A stretch of 64,000 nucleotides of DNA. Source: Bugula neritina. Its lineage: Eukaryota > Animalia > Bryozoa. Shown in pieces: positions 43,101 through 55,703 of this stretch. Position numbers and translations under genes: made by a program. The DNA is taken from contig OZ037773.1 in the NCBI GenBank assembly GCA_964035545.1, positions 4,617,751-4,681,750 of the forward strand. The letters are read 5' to 3'. Each line of letters begins with the position of its first letter. The first letter of the stretch is position 1. The notes under the pieces were generated by a model. The model was not told where the DNA came from. It searched no databases and saw nothing but the letters and a program-made list of their open reading frames with translations.

Positions 43101-43738
43101 AAAATAAGCCAATAAGCTAATATAAATACACTAAGAATACATTTTTATTATGCTGATGTTGTTTCTATCAACAAAGAGCAATATTATTGGGTAGAAATGC
43201 AATAATTTATAACGGAGGAGATAACTCCCGTTTTATGTTTTTTATTTGTTATGGTTGGGAAAGAAGTTATATAGTTCAGAATGTAATGGAAACTGGAGAG
43301 CATTATCAAAACACAATAGAGTATTTTCATACCAAAAATCAACATTCTAAATGCTAGAACAGAAAAGTAGCAGTTTAGAGAATACCAGGTATATGCAAAA
43401 AAGTAGTTTGTCGTCTTATAGGCTCCGCCCACTTTTTTATTTTTGGTCAAAAATTTTGTTAGAGAAAGTTTTATATGTGTACAGCCTTCCTTGAAAATAT
43501 TTTTAATGTCAAACCTAAACTATTCAGAAAATTAAATATTTAGAGTTCCATAGTCCCCCCTTGAAAAATGCTGAACCCCTGTATATCCACCCCTCTCACG
43601 AGAGAACCCCCCCAGATACAAAAAAGGTACTCGCAGATCTGAGATCAGTAGAATGTTGGCTTTGCAGTGATATATAGCAACAAAGGTTAGTATTGATGTG
43701 CTCTACCCGCCCATTTTTGCATGTTGGCACCCCCACTA
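37118..43738 (+). mobile_element. Academ (AcademX) DNA transposon, apparently full length
   Basis: TIRs of ~630 bp (37118-~37750 / ~43105-43738), 5'-TAG...CTA-3' termini, 3-bp TSD ATA (37115-37117, 43739-43741), one long ORF inside. Confidence 0.85.
37921..42785 (+). CDS. Academ transposase with XPG/FEN1-like nuclease and C-terminal Cys-rich finger, ~1511 aa
   Basis: Exons 37921-37923 (ATG|GTAAGT), 38135-38278 and 38397-42785 join in frame. Two CxxC...YHxxCY units; AADNDD, FDQAIY, GGFH, DQ.LEQ; IIDGM, VVFD, HDEADT, DTDV, HALTGCD; terminal Cys cluster. Confidence 0.85.
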
Positions 43739-44036
43739 ATAGCTAAAAAATTAAAATTAGTTATTTTAAATTGGCCAAATTACCGTACCCTGAAAGCTTT
43801 GCTGCGTATATTTTATAGCTGGGATTAAATTTTAGACTATGACCATCTTTTTTTCAACAGTAGTAGCTTTAATCACTCAAATAGGTAAACAAAATATACT
43901 TTTCAAGTATCCTTCACTTAAGAGGAGGCAACTTCGCGAGGTCGATCTGACACTCTCATGGAAAAACGATCGATCTGAGTACATTTCTCAGATCGATCTC
44001 AGCGAGATCAATCTGAGATCGGTACATGGAAAGCCC

Positions 44037-44588
44037 GTGATGATCTTCCATAATGTTTATTTTCATAGTTGTATCCCTTCCTGTAGTATGACTTTCTATA
44101 ACCATGACCTCTATGACCTCCATGACCTCCGTGACCTCCATAAACTCTGTGACCTCTATGACCTCCATGACCTTTATGACTTCTATGACCTCTATTGCCA
44201 GCTTCTGCTGCTGAAGCTGTAAAAATTCATACATCAATTAGGTATTTTAAAACCTTCATCACATTTTATATAAGTCTATTTTTGTTGCATGCAACTATAA
44301 TAAAAATGCATACTCCTTAACGCATTTCAGTATGAGTCAATTTTCGTAACTCGTTCATTACAACAAATATAATTGAGATTATAGGAGTTTTCTACAGTTA
44401 GTTTCCCAAAATATCAAATATGGGTTAAAACAATAATTTGATGCTATTGTGAGTATACCTATATATAGTTGCGGTTATAATAATGTTTATTGCAAAAACC
44501 AGTCATTTCTTTCTTTATGATACAAATTTATTATACATTGTTTTCAGTTGTCTATGCTATCTAAAGAAAGTGCTAACTCACCCAATGT
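44037..44588 (-). pseudogene. Gly-His/Tyr-rich peptide pseudogene (inverted duplicate of the 48100 gene)
   Basis: Cargo exon from 44216: ASAAEAGNRGHRSHKGHGGHRGHRVYGGHGGHGGHRGHGYRKSYYRKGYNYENKHYGR, cut at the stop codon by the MITE; the 3'UTR resumes below 36638. Only CATTGG|GTGAG of the signal exon survives, fused to upstream sequence homologous to ~46900-47020. Confidence 0.8.
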
Positions 44589-44885
44589 ACATAAAACAAT
44601 GATGATTTATTTGTTAGAGAAATTTCCTGTTGATGACAAAATGCTTCATCATTTCTGTTAATGTTCTTATATAGAATAATGTTATTCTTGATGGACACAT
44701 AGTAGAAAAAATATATAACAGCATATATTTTGGGTGTTATTGATGAATTGATTCAACATTGTGCCAATTGCTTACATATAATATAATATGATGTAACTGT
44801 AATGTTAAAGACTATATAGGATTAGGTATTGGAAATTATTAAAAGAAGTTTAAATATATAAGTCAATAAATCAATGTATGTAAAT

Positions 44886-46045
44886 TCACCAGCTACAAAA
44901 GGATTTAAAGCCAAATGTATCTTTAGTAGTAGGCTTGCAGTCTGGGTTTAAGTAAAAGAAAGCTTTCCATCTGACGCGTATTAAGAATTTCTCAGTCATG
45001 TTAATAATCCGTATTAGATAGTCTTTGTTCGTACTTTTCGGAATATTTTTTAGGGAATATCCAAAGTTTAGACTATTCATTTTTTTGAGAGAGCTCAACT
45101 AAGAAGTATTTGTGCAAAAATAAATTAAAATATAACCCGACACCTAAATTCAACAGCAATAATAAAAATAGAAATAAAAACATATTATGGAACAACCCAC
45201 CTTTTAGTTCAACAGTAAAAACCAAAATAGGAAAGAAATTTCTCCAATACATCGACAAATGCTTTCCACCATCCAACCAACTAAGTAAAATTTCTAATAG
45301 GAAAACCATAAAAATTAGCTATTCATGCATGCCCAACATGAAAAATATCATTGATGGCTCAAACCAACACAAACTCAAAACCGCACACATCCCTACTACC
45401 GCTACTAAACTAAATGACACACAATGTAACTGCAAACTACCTTCCCACTGTCTACTAAATGGTAAATGCTTATACAAAAAACGTAATATACCAAGCAACT
45501 GCATGTGATAAGACAGGACAATAATTCCAGCCATTCATACATAGGACTCTGTTCGACTACCTTCAAAACCAGATTCAACAACCGTAAAGCCTCTTTCCTA
45601 CATGCAGATAAAGCCAACAGCACACAACTCAGCAGACACATCTGGAATTTAAAAGACAACAACACGAAATTCAGCTTAAAATGGAATATTTTAAAAATTA
45701 GCAAATCCTACTCAAACCTAACCAACAGATGTAACCTATGCAGCTATGAGAAATATATAATTTTAAAACAACCGGAATTATCCTCCCTCAACAAACGAAA
45801 AGAGCTCTCCACCACGTGCAGACATAAGCGTAGATTTTTACTTGCGCATTTAACAAACGCTAGTTAAGACATTCCAGCGTAACGATACATAAACAATGCT
45901 AATTTCAAAACAAAATTACTCAACCGTACACACAACGACCTGATGATCGTAGCTTGCACTACGTGAAACAATATTGTAGTCAATAAAATGAAGATCTAAG
46001 TTTATTTTTATATCCAAAATTGTATTAGTACCAAATATAAATACT
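44886..46045 (+). mobile_element. Penelope-like retroelement fragment (GIY-YIG endonuclease) with an inverted N-terminal piece
   Basis: Plus strand: ILWNNPPFS..TKIGKKFL, CNC..C..GKCL, SYIGLCSTTFKTRFNN, CNLCSYEK..LNKRKE..CRH (frameshifted). Minus strand 44886-45090: FGYSLKNIP..RVRWKAFF (ORF N-terminus). The RT core is absent. Confidence 0.85.
45937..45981 (+). ncRNA. Minimal type I hammerhead ribozyme of the Penelope-like element
   Basis: GAC-CTGATGA-tCGTAG(cttgca)CTACGt-GAAA-CAATATTG(palindrome)-TA-GTC. A partial second copy lies at 46193-46282 between (TA)n runs. Confidence 0.8.
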
Positions 46046-46107
46046 CTATTTTTTGAAATATTGAGTTCTTTTGATTCATTTTTTTAATATAGAAACTATA
46101 TATATAT

Positions 46108-46197
<90 letters not shown>

Positions 46198-46280
46198 CGT
46201 AGCTCGCACTACGTGAAACAATATTGTAGTCAATAAAATGAAGATCTAAGTTTATTTTTATATCCAAAATTGTATTAGTA

Positions 46281-46331
<51 letters not shown>

Positions 46332-46353
46332 TATATATTTATATGTATATATT

Positions 46354-46406
<53 letters not shown>

Positions 46407-48099
46407 TATATATACTGAACATTGGTAAGTTTATTATATACTAAAGACTGATAAGTGTAGATACTAAGCATTGGTAAGGGTATTCACTGAAATTTTGAAA
46501 GTATATATATTGAATATTTTATGGTTAGCAGAAAAAAATCTAGAGGCAAGCATATATATGTAACAGAGCACCATAGTTGTTTAGTACTCTCATTGTAAAT
46601 AGTTATAAGAGCAACAGATTGCGCAGTGAAATATTAATTCCAAAGTTTAATACTGTAAAAAGTTCTACGTACAGTTTTCAGTAGTATACATTCATGGTAT
46701 ACACAGAGTTGGCAAGATTTTAAGCAAATCTAATTTATAATTGGCTGTATATATTTTTATTTTTTTTATAACTTTCAATACCTATTTTCATAAAAACTTT
46801 AAAACTACAATATCAAATTATATTATAATTTAAGTATAATTTATTATAGGCTATGTTAAATCACTTTCATCAATGACACCTCACCTATAGTTGTTACATG
46901 TATATTTCTACCATGTGTCCATCAAGAGTAACATATTATTTTATAAAAAAACAGAAATGATGAAGCTTTTTGTCATAAACAGGAGATTTCTTTAACAAAC
47001 AAATCATCGTTATTTTATGTTGTTAGGAAGTAATTGATAGCTATTAACTAATCAAATAAGTTTAATGTGACATTTCCAGCCTGGAAGACTGACTAAGAAT
47101 AGTATATATAAAGACCGTGACTGTATTCTCATTTTATTACTGTTCACATTCTAACAGCAGGTAAGAGAGTTGAAGTTTGTTTCTACTCAAACTTCTTATT
47201 TTTAAACTTATTGCAATATTTTGATATAAAATAGATATAACTGTAGATTAGTTTTAATGTAATAATCTCTTTAAACTAATTTTATTCACAATAAATGAGA
47301 ATAATCATTCACGCATACATTTCTAAATAATTTTTATTGATCTAAATTTAATCAAAACAAACTTACTTCTCCAACAAAACTGTACTTATAGCAATTTTAT
47401 ATTTCAAACTGAACATAAGAACTGCTGTTAATAAAATATTTATTTTTAACTATAAAAGAGCATTATTTTGTTGTTGCAGATTTGTGTTGCCTTAGAATTG
47501 GTTTAAGTTTAATTTAATATAGTTGTTTTAAAACTTGTTATTAAAAGTTCCGTGTTACAAGTTAATATGTTGCCGTTCAAAATTCACTATATGTATTACA
47601 ATATATAAAAATCACAGCTACCTGCAGTTAACAATAAGTTTGTTTCTATGTTTGAACTTAGCAAAGCCATTGGAAATATAAATATTCTTTATATCAAACA
47701 TAATATTGCAATTTTAATTATTAATTTCCTTTGCATTTTAGTTATTTTAAACTTTGTATTACTGAATTGAAATTTTGAATATTGTAAGTATGATCTTAAA
47801 TGTATAGTTATATCAAAACTCACATAATTCTTTATAAAACTCACTCTTGTAAGTTTATAGTCATCATTCTTGTGAGAAAAACCTTGATGAAAAGCTATCA
47901 AAGTTTATGTAATTATTTATAGTGAAGCCTAAATATAATGTATAAATTAGCAAGTTGATACAATATTGAGAGAATAGTATTTTAAAACATATTTCAATAT
48001 AGTTTACCTACATTCATATTATTTAATTCATAATTTACACCCAATTCAATAGCTTTACATGCAAAGACACAATTATTTATTTATAGAAACATTATCAAC

Positions 48100-48463
48100 A
48101 TGAAGGTTCTTGCTGTAGCTGTAATTGCCATGATTGCCCTCAGTGCATTGGGTAAGTTGAACTTATTTTATATTATTAGAAATTAAAATAAAAGAAAAAG
48201 CTATTTACAAGGAAATACTAATTCTAGTTGCATAATATAATTTATCTCAATACTATCATCTAATAATGACTTCATACAAAAAATAGTGTTTTTGTGAAAT
48301 ATTAAACTACTTTATAAATTTTTCAACAGTTTCAGTAGCAGAGGCTGGCCATGGAGGTCATGGAGGTCATGGAGGTCATAAAGGTCATAGAGGTCATGGT
48401 TATAGAAAGTCATACTACAGGAAAGGATACAACTATGGAAATAAACGTTATGGCAGATATTAA
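48100..48463 (+). CDS. Secreted Gly-Gly-His repeat / Tyr-Lys-Arg-rich peptide
   Basis: Exons 48100-48151 + 48330-48463: MKVLAVAVIAMIALSALVSVAEA|GHGGHGGHGGHKGHRGHGYRKSYYRKGYNYGNKRYGRY*. TATA at ~47103; exon-1 donor at 47160; AATAAA at ~48600. Confidence 0.85.
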
Positions 48464-50274
48464 CCAACTTGCTTGGCTGCCAAACTTTGACCTGGACACC
48501 ACCTCCACTCGCTACTTTGAGCTTGCGATTTCATCAAACTTACAATTTTAATTTTTTTCCAGATTCTAAATTTGTCTCTAACTGATATGTATATCTCACA
48601 ATAAAAATGTTTTTTTCAGCAAGTTAAAGAATGGCATTTTGACAAACATGCAGAAACTGAATATAGAGCATGAATTTTATTGAGTCTCAAAGCAGAACAC
48701 CATTTGTAACGTCATAATATCAAAACTCGCACAATTTTATAATCACTATCCTTGTGAGAAACACTTAATGTAAAGGGTTTTTAAAGCAGGCTAAGGACTG
48801 ATTCATATATAGGGCACAGGAGCAACTTTAACTGGATGCTCTTCCTATAAACATCGCCAATGGCCTTTACTGGGGTTCTAACTATAAGGGCTTTAGCCCC
48901 CTGTACCACAGTTGCTCCATCCTTGCAATACATATATAATACATATCATATACTATAAATTGCTATAAATCAAAATAGGCCTATATGCTATTATATACAC
49001 TATATATACTGTATTATATACTATATACTATATATGCTACAATATCTATGGCATTCCTTATATCAGCTAAAGATAAATAACATCGTTTATTCTAATCAAT
49101 TACTTAATTGAAAGCAGAGAATAATTTTATATGTTTATCTAGTTGCTGCTGTAATATAAACTTAATAGTATAGTTTCATGATATTAAACTAAAGGCGGTA
49201 TAACTCTGCAATATTATCAACAATTCAACACATGACTAAATGGATTGAACAATTATTATTGGGCGAAGTAACATAAGCGCTACTCAAGGAATTGTCCCTT
49301 CTTTATTTTGCCAACTGCTCTAAATGAAATACTGTATTATTTTTTGGCTAGATGGAAAATTATCTTTGCTGCTAGAAATATCCCATTTTCTTAAATCAAA
49401 TGGCAAAACCTAGAAACTTCTAACATTAGTTGCAAAGGTCTCTCTATTTAGATTAGCATTCAGAATTACCTGCTCTTTGATTGGCGACTCAGTTATTTAA
49501 TTATAAATATGAAATTTAAAAAGCTTCAAATAAATATTTCACATGCCTTAATTAGAAACTCAAGTACCTAAAAGAACTGCAATGAGTAAATTTCAACCTA
49601 CTAGACTTGAACAAATATAATTGCTATGCTTTGACAGACCAATTACAAAGCAGTCACTTCTTTATGGCAACAATTAGATCTGTAGCTATTTCAAATATTT
49701 ATGCACATGATTGTTTATTCATTCTCAATAATGAATTTAAGAGAAGTGCATGGACTTTTATAAAACTGGTATATACACTAAAATGTTAAAATGCTGAAGC
49801 CTGCACAACCTTAATTTCAGTTTATACAGCACGATTTTGGATTATATTAGCAAGCATTAATTATCATCCCATGATATGCTGGATCCACACACAAACCATT
49901 AAACTAGCCATTAAGTAACCAGTTTTCAGTTAACTTTCAAAGGTGAGTAGCATACAAATAATAAAAAAAGATTGCTACTATGTATTATAGTTTATTTTAT
50001 AAGCTAATATTTGCCCTATAAAGGTCTTTAAACTACATCAACTGTAATTGTCATATAAATAATATAGAAATATTATAGAAATAAAAATGTATTCCTCAAA
50101 TCTAATTATAGCACAATCAAATTTATTTCATCGAGTTTATATCGAAAAATTATCTATTTATATTATGCTGGCACAGCTCAATTGCAATATATAGTACGAA
50201 TAACAATAAGCCAGAGCTTAGGCTAATGAAATGTTAGTATTGAGGGAGGGCTCCTTGTTCTCCAACCATTTTAA

Positions 50275-53200
50275 TTATCTTGGTGTGAAGATTATGCCGT
50301 AAGATTTAGGGGCACTAATCACTGATACCACAGGTTCTGTAGTGACCTTTGACCCTCCTGGCAGATGAATGTTGTACCTTTGAAGAAAGTTGACAAAAAA
50401 TAAAAACAGCTCAACTTTCGCAAGACTTTCCCCAAGGCAAGCTCTTCTACCTGCAAAATCCGAAAACAAACAAGATTAAGACATAAACTATTATATATAC
50501 AAAACTCACACAAATGTTATATAACTGCTATTCTTGTAAAAACCCCTGCTAGAAAGGGTTTTATAAATTGGGCTAAGGACTTTTTCAACTGTAACACAAG
50601 ACCAATTATGACTGAGTTCTTTTTCTAGCATCACCAATGGCCTTTACTGGCGATCGAACGCTGACCTTGGGTTTACTAGGTCGACGCGCTAATTCCCTTA
50701 GACCACAGCTGCTCTTTCAAACTATTATATATGAACGCAAAAATGTTTTATCAATACTTTCTTTCATATGATAAGAAGTAAAACAAGCTTGTGCATCAGT
50801 TGTACTGTAACAGAGAAGTATTTTAAATTGACAAATTGTAACCTTGATCGTGAATGTAATTGCTATTTACCGATGCCAAATGGAATTGTTTTCTTCTTTT
50901 TGAGAGTTATGTCCCCGGTGAGGTAACGCTCAGGTTTAAATTTTTCTGGTTCTTCAAAAACTTCGGGATCATAAAGTACGGAAGCCATATTCATGAGTAG
51001 ATCGGATTCAGCAGGTATCAACTACAAATATCTTAGGATATTAAACACAAAAGAAGAGAGTTCCATAATTTTAATCCAAAGTAGGTTGAGAATACATACA
51101 CTGTGTCAAGAGTTTAAAAGTTAACAATTGCAATGAAATTGTTTTTAGACAAGCAAAGAATAGGCCAGTTTTATTTAATGTCTGCTTCCTCACCATGCCT
51201 CCGACATAGATGTCTTTCTCAGCATTGTGAGGTAGAGAGCTGTTTACAATATTGGACAGTCTTTGAGTCTCAGTCAGTACAGCGTCTGTATATGGCATGT
51301 TAAGATGATCTTTATATGTTGGTGGTCTTTGGCCTACAATCATTGTTGGTAAAATATATATTGAGATTGAGATTGAAATATTATGCTCTCATTTAATGCT
51401 CAGCAATGACATTAAGTGATTCAGCTCTTTCACCATGGTCACAAACTTGAGCTGCTAACATTTTGCAAGGCTCGTGACTCCTAGGTGATTCCTAGAGTCA
51501 CTGGAGCTCTCTGGCCTGGTTTTACACACCTTTTAAATATGCTTCAGTAAAACTATAAGTTTCTACTATTGCGTATTGGCTATGGTACTCTGTTCTGTGC
51601 TGATGAGGGGACAAATCTCAAAACAGCTGCTGCACACAGATTGGTGTGTGTGTGCGTGCATGCGTGCGTGCGTGTGTGTGTGCGCGCACATGTAAAGATA
51701 TGCCAACTGATAATTAGTGCAAATTTCAAGATCTCAAACAACACATAAACACACTCACCAATATTGTCATCAATTTCTTTTTGCACTTTTTCTAGCACAT
51801 CTGTATTTTTGCACAAGTAGAGTAGTGCCCATCTTAGCGTAGTTGATGTCGTTTCTGTTCCAGCTGCATACAACTGAAAGCACAACTGGGCGGCATTCTC
51901 AGCTAAAAGAATTTTTAGTTTATTTTAAAGTCTCAACTTGTATTGAAGCTCTAGAGTTAGGAAGTCTCAAGAGAGAAAATTTTTGACATCCAAAGGAAAA
52001 ACATACAGACGGCACAATACCTAATAGCACAATGCAAGTATGCTTATTACTAAAGTGTCTACATGCAGCTAGAAGGAAATAGCATTGTTCCAGTTTAGTT
52101 AAATCCCAATACCTGTTAAAAACTTCATTTCATCGCTTGATATGAGATACTGATCAACCAGACACTGTGGGTTGTTTGCGTCTAACTGCTGTTTCCTTTC
52201 TTCAATGCACTTCTTGATTATAGGCATAGCAACACCCAGAAAGTTTCTTCTTTGTTTTCTAACTGATGGAAAGATGTTTCCGATTAGCGGTAAGTTTGTT
52301 AACATTCTGAATTTAAGTCCTCCATTTATTACTGAATTCAAGACATCCGTAATAGCGGTGAATGCGTCATCTTCGTAATCAAACCTTTTGGCAAATAAGA
52401 GCTGTGATACAACATTAGCAGTGGCCTTGGGAAGGTTACTGTACATGTCAAGTGGCTTTCCTACTGATGGCTCGATGTAGTGTTCAATGTACTTTTCTAT
52501 TTCTTCAACAATTTCTGGTTCAAAAGCAGCTCTGCCCATTCCTCTGTCTCTCAAAGTTAGCAGAGAGAATGTTCTGATTGCTTTCCAGTCGGATGGGTGG
52601 GCAAAAAAGAGTCCTGTATTCAGAAAGATTAAAATATGGTTACTGCAACTACTTATACAATGAATAAAATAATGACTGTACTTGCTTTGTTGTTTACTTT
52701 GCTTTGTAGTTTGCAAGTAAAGTCTTTAAATTAAAACATGTGAACAATTATAAATTACTTTCGATACAAAACCCTAAACCCCCCCCCCTTAGTCAAAAAC
52801 AGAACACTACAGCACAGCCTTGCACAATGGAAGAAACTTATGTTTTTACCAAATCATATCGAAAACATGTGCATAAGGAGGGGGAACAAATTCAATATAT
52901 CAAAGTGCATATACGCACATATATACCATATATAACAAGTATGTGATACTGAAATATTTTTACACATGTATATGAGAGAACTATATTGTAATTTAAAAGC
53001 AAATATTACAAGTTATATTGTATTTACCCCTTTCAGATCTGCTTTTCATATATTTCGTGAAAGTAATGGCCCGTGAACTTGTATGATCTGCTGAGGCAAT
53101 TAGCAGTTGGTGCATTGCATCATATCCCGAGATGACGACTCTTGGATATCCAGCCATCCTCATGGTGAACACCTCAAGAGACAAAACAAATAATATGTTA

Positions 53201-53622
53201 GTATAGTTGTATCAAATTAGTAACTTTGGCTGCGTACTAAACAGTGGGTTCGTTTGCACTGCTGAAAGCATATTTTGCAAGCACACTATGATATACTATG
53301 TATGTTTCAAACCAGCGTTAAACAAAAACTCTGTTTTATAAGCAATTAAATAGGTAATAAAAAAGGATTATAGGCTTCGTGTTTGTAAACTATGTGTAAC
53401 TCATACATCTCCATATATCTTCTTGTACTTCTGACAGAAGTTCACCACTGAACCAGAAAGTATGATCTGGGGAAGATGGCCAACGATAGGAAAAGCAAAT
53501 GGCCCAGGTGGCAGTTTATCTCCTTTGTTTCTGAGGTAAAGAACTGTGAGTAGAGCTGCTATTCCAGCCATAACCACAGTTGCGTAGTGATTAACATCTA
53601 AACTGAGGTACTCCATCATCAT
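50275..53622 (-). CDS. Cytochrome P450, CYP2 clan
   Basis: Exons 53622-53407, 53172-53028, 52613-52113, 51902-51759, 51333-51194, 51021-50871, 50450-50275. N-terminal TM + PPGP, WxxxR, AGTETT, ETQR, PERY, heme motif PFGIGRRACLG. Confidence 0.93.
50553..50715 (-). mobile_element. tRNA-derived SINE (related copy ~48776-48918)
   Basis: Minus strand has TGGTCTAAGGG (A box) and GTTCGATC (B box). Shares CCAATGGCCTTTACTGG and GGCTAAGGACT with the 48.8-kb copy. Confidence 0.55.
51362..51642 (+). mobile_element. Diverged retrozyme-like monomer in a P450 intron
   Basis: Colinear with the 271-bp unit. Hammerhead core is mutated (CTGATGAGGGGACAAATCTCAAAACAGCTGCTGCAC). Followed by (TG)n. Confidence 0.8.
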
Positions 53623-55703
53623 GTGACTCTGCATGTGTAAACAGCAAACATAGGCAGTGAAGAGGTAATAAGAGCTATAAGATTTCTCTGGTGTTGAGTT
53701 GGTTACTTTAAACATCTTGTTTTCAAAATAAAGTATTATCTGATGCATCTATATAGAGAAAGGAAATTTTTCAATCATGTTGCATTTCAAGATATAACTT
53801 GAAAGTTTTGCTCAAATTTAAAGAAAACCAGAGTTATATAGATGCAAGCTACAGCGTATAAGTTATATGAATTAGTTATTAGATAAACACTATACAGGCT
53901 ACAGCTGTAAGTAACATAGATAATAACAGTTTATTAGCAGTCTATTGTATCAATGTCAACCTTGCGATTTAGTAGATGCAGTGAAGCTTACTATAAAGTA
54001 TATAATATAAGTAATGGATAACTACTTACAGTGCGACCTGCTAACACTCTCTCCATACACCATGTGATGCGCCTAGTGATTATTAAAACTTACTGACCGC
54101 GACGTGTTGTTTGTTGAAATGATTGATAGTTGAGCTCTCAACCAATCACACGCGATTTAGCAGAATATTGCGGTCATTGAATGGAACACTGAAACCGTTC
54201 CATTCTGTCAACTATAAGCTTTCCCGTAGCTTTTTTTAGCAAAGATAATTATCTGCTTGTGGAGATAAACAATAATTTTAGTATAGAAAGTAATATTAAT
54301 TGTTAGGAAGGGTGACATAACCTATAATTTGTATTTTGTATCAACAGTGGCGAACTGAATTTAAATGCTGGTATTCTATAGGTCCATCACATCACTATGT
54401 TGAATATATAATTTGCTTTTCTCACATTACACTAATTAGCCACTAATATGTGTCACGTATGCATTAGTGCTTTTGTCCCTTTACTTTTTTTAAGGACATA
54501 TTTTAGTTTAATTAATTGTGCTTGGTTTCTTATGTATACTTTTTCTACTTCATTTTCAGTTACAAAGTTTTGCTTAACAATCTATAAGCCAAGTATGTTT
54601 ATAGCATAAAACACTTGGACAACCAGAAAGTATGGGTCTTGTAAAATAATTGCCTTCACTGGAAGTTGAACCTGAGACCTCCGGCTTGTGAGCAGGGGCT
54701 CAAATCATTACACCACAGGGACTATTGGGTGATCACAACACTACAGGTATATTATTAAAGGATAAAAGGCCTGTGTTTGATTTTAGTGAGTTAAGGGTAT
54801 TGGGTGTCAGTTAGTAATGGGCTAGATGGCAAATATAACCCTCAAAGAAAAGACTTCAAATTTCAAACATTTCAACTTCTTGCATTTTCTGATGGAAATT
54901 GAAGAAGTACAGCTACAGTACAATGTCACATGTGAGATTAGATGAGACTAAATGTGTGATAACACATTAGGCTGGGCAAAAGTCTAGCTTTGCATGAATT
55001 AACAAAAGTGTACGGATCTACATTAAGTAAAGCGTGTAAATTATTTAGATATTTCCCAACTCAAAGTGCATTTTATCACTAGCATTTATCAAGAACCAAT
55101 GGTGAAGTTGATCATTTGGCAATGAAAGTAGTTTTTTCTAGTTAATTCAAAGGAGAGAAAGAAATAAGTCAGTTTAATGCGACAATGAAAAGGTTAAAAA
55201 TGATGTAATTGGCAACATAATATACATACATAATAATTACTGCAAAACAGAAAATAAAGGAATATTTATGCATTAGCTAGAATAACACATGTCATCAACA
55301 ATAACAATTAACACAGAATACATTTTCTGTTGAGAAAAATAATATAAATATTTCATCAGATAATGTATTTAAATATATTATTAACATTATAAATATATTT
55401 ATGTAACATCACAAACTGATTTTATATTATACTCTACTGTTTTACCTTTCTGCAATTTAATGATGAAAGTTGACGTACAGCCTTTTATCTGTAGTCTCAT
55501 TATACGTACTTAAAGTTAGTGATTATACCATTTAAAAATGAAACGTAGCTCTAATTCATAAGTTATACTTGATTGAAAATGTAATCAACAGAAATGTAAA
55601 TGTTCAATCGTAAACATAATTATTGTATTTCTATTTCTAACCTATTAAAGTGCTATAAACTCATGAAACAAGTTGTGCATGTCTGTTTTCTGTACAAGCA
55701 GCA

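Larger units (their letters stand above)
36639..44036. mobile_element. Non-autonomous TIR element (PIF/Harbinger-like MITE, ~780 bp) split by the Academ insertion
   Basis: GGCTTTCCATGTACCGATCTCAGAT at 36641 and its reverse complement ending at 44034. Subterminal GATCGATCT repeats on both arms; flanks TTA/TGA. Superfamily assignment is tentative. Confidence 0.65.

Noticed and set aside
37118-43738. CACTA/EnSpm assignment because CACTA occurs at a terminus
   Set aside because: The orientation is reversed (begins TAGTG, ends CACTA), and the protein has Academ/XPG motifs.
43839-44237. ORF-track proteins with DLHDL or MEVIEV repeats (also 48351-48551)
   Set aside because: Wrong frame or strand of the GGH-peptide cargo exon; splice phase fixes the Gly-His frame.
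45490-45515. In-frame TGA as selenocysteine in the Penelope-like ORF
   Set aside because: The TGA lies in a frameshifted segment of a decayed copy; no evidence of recoding.
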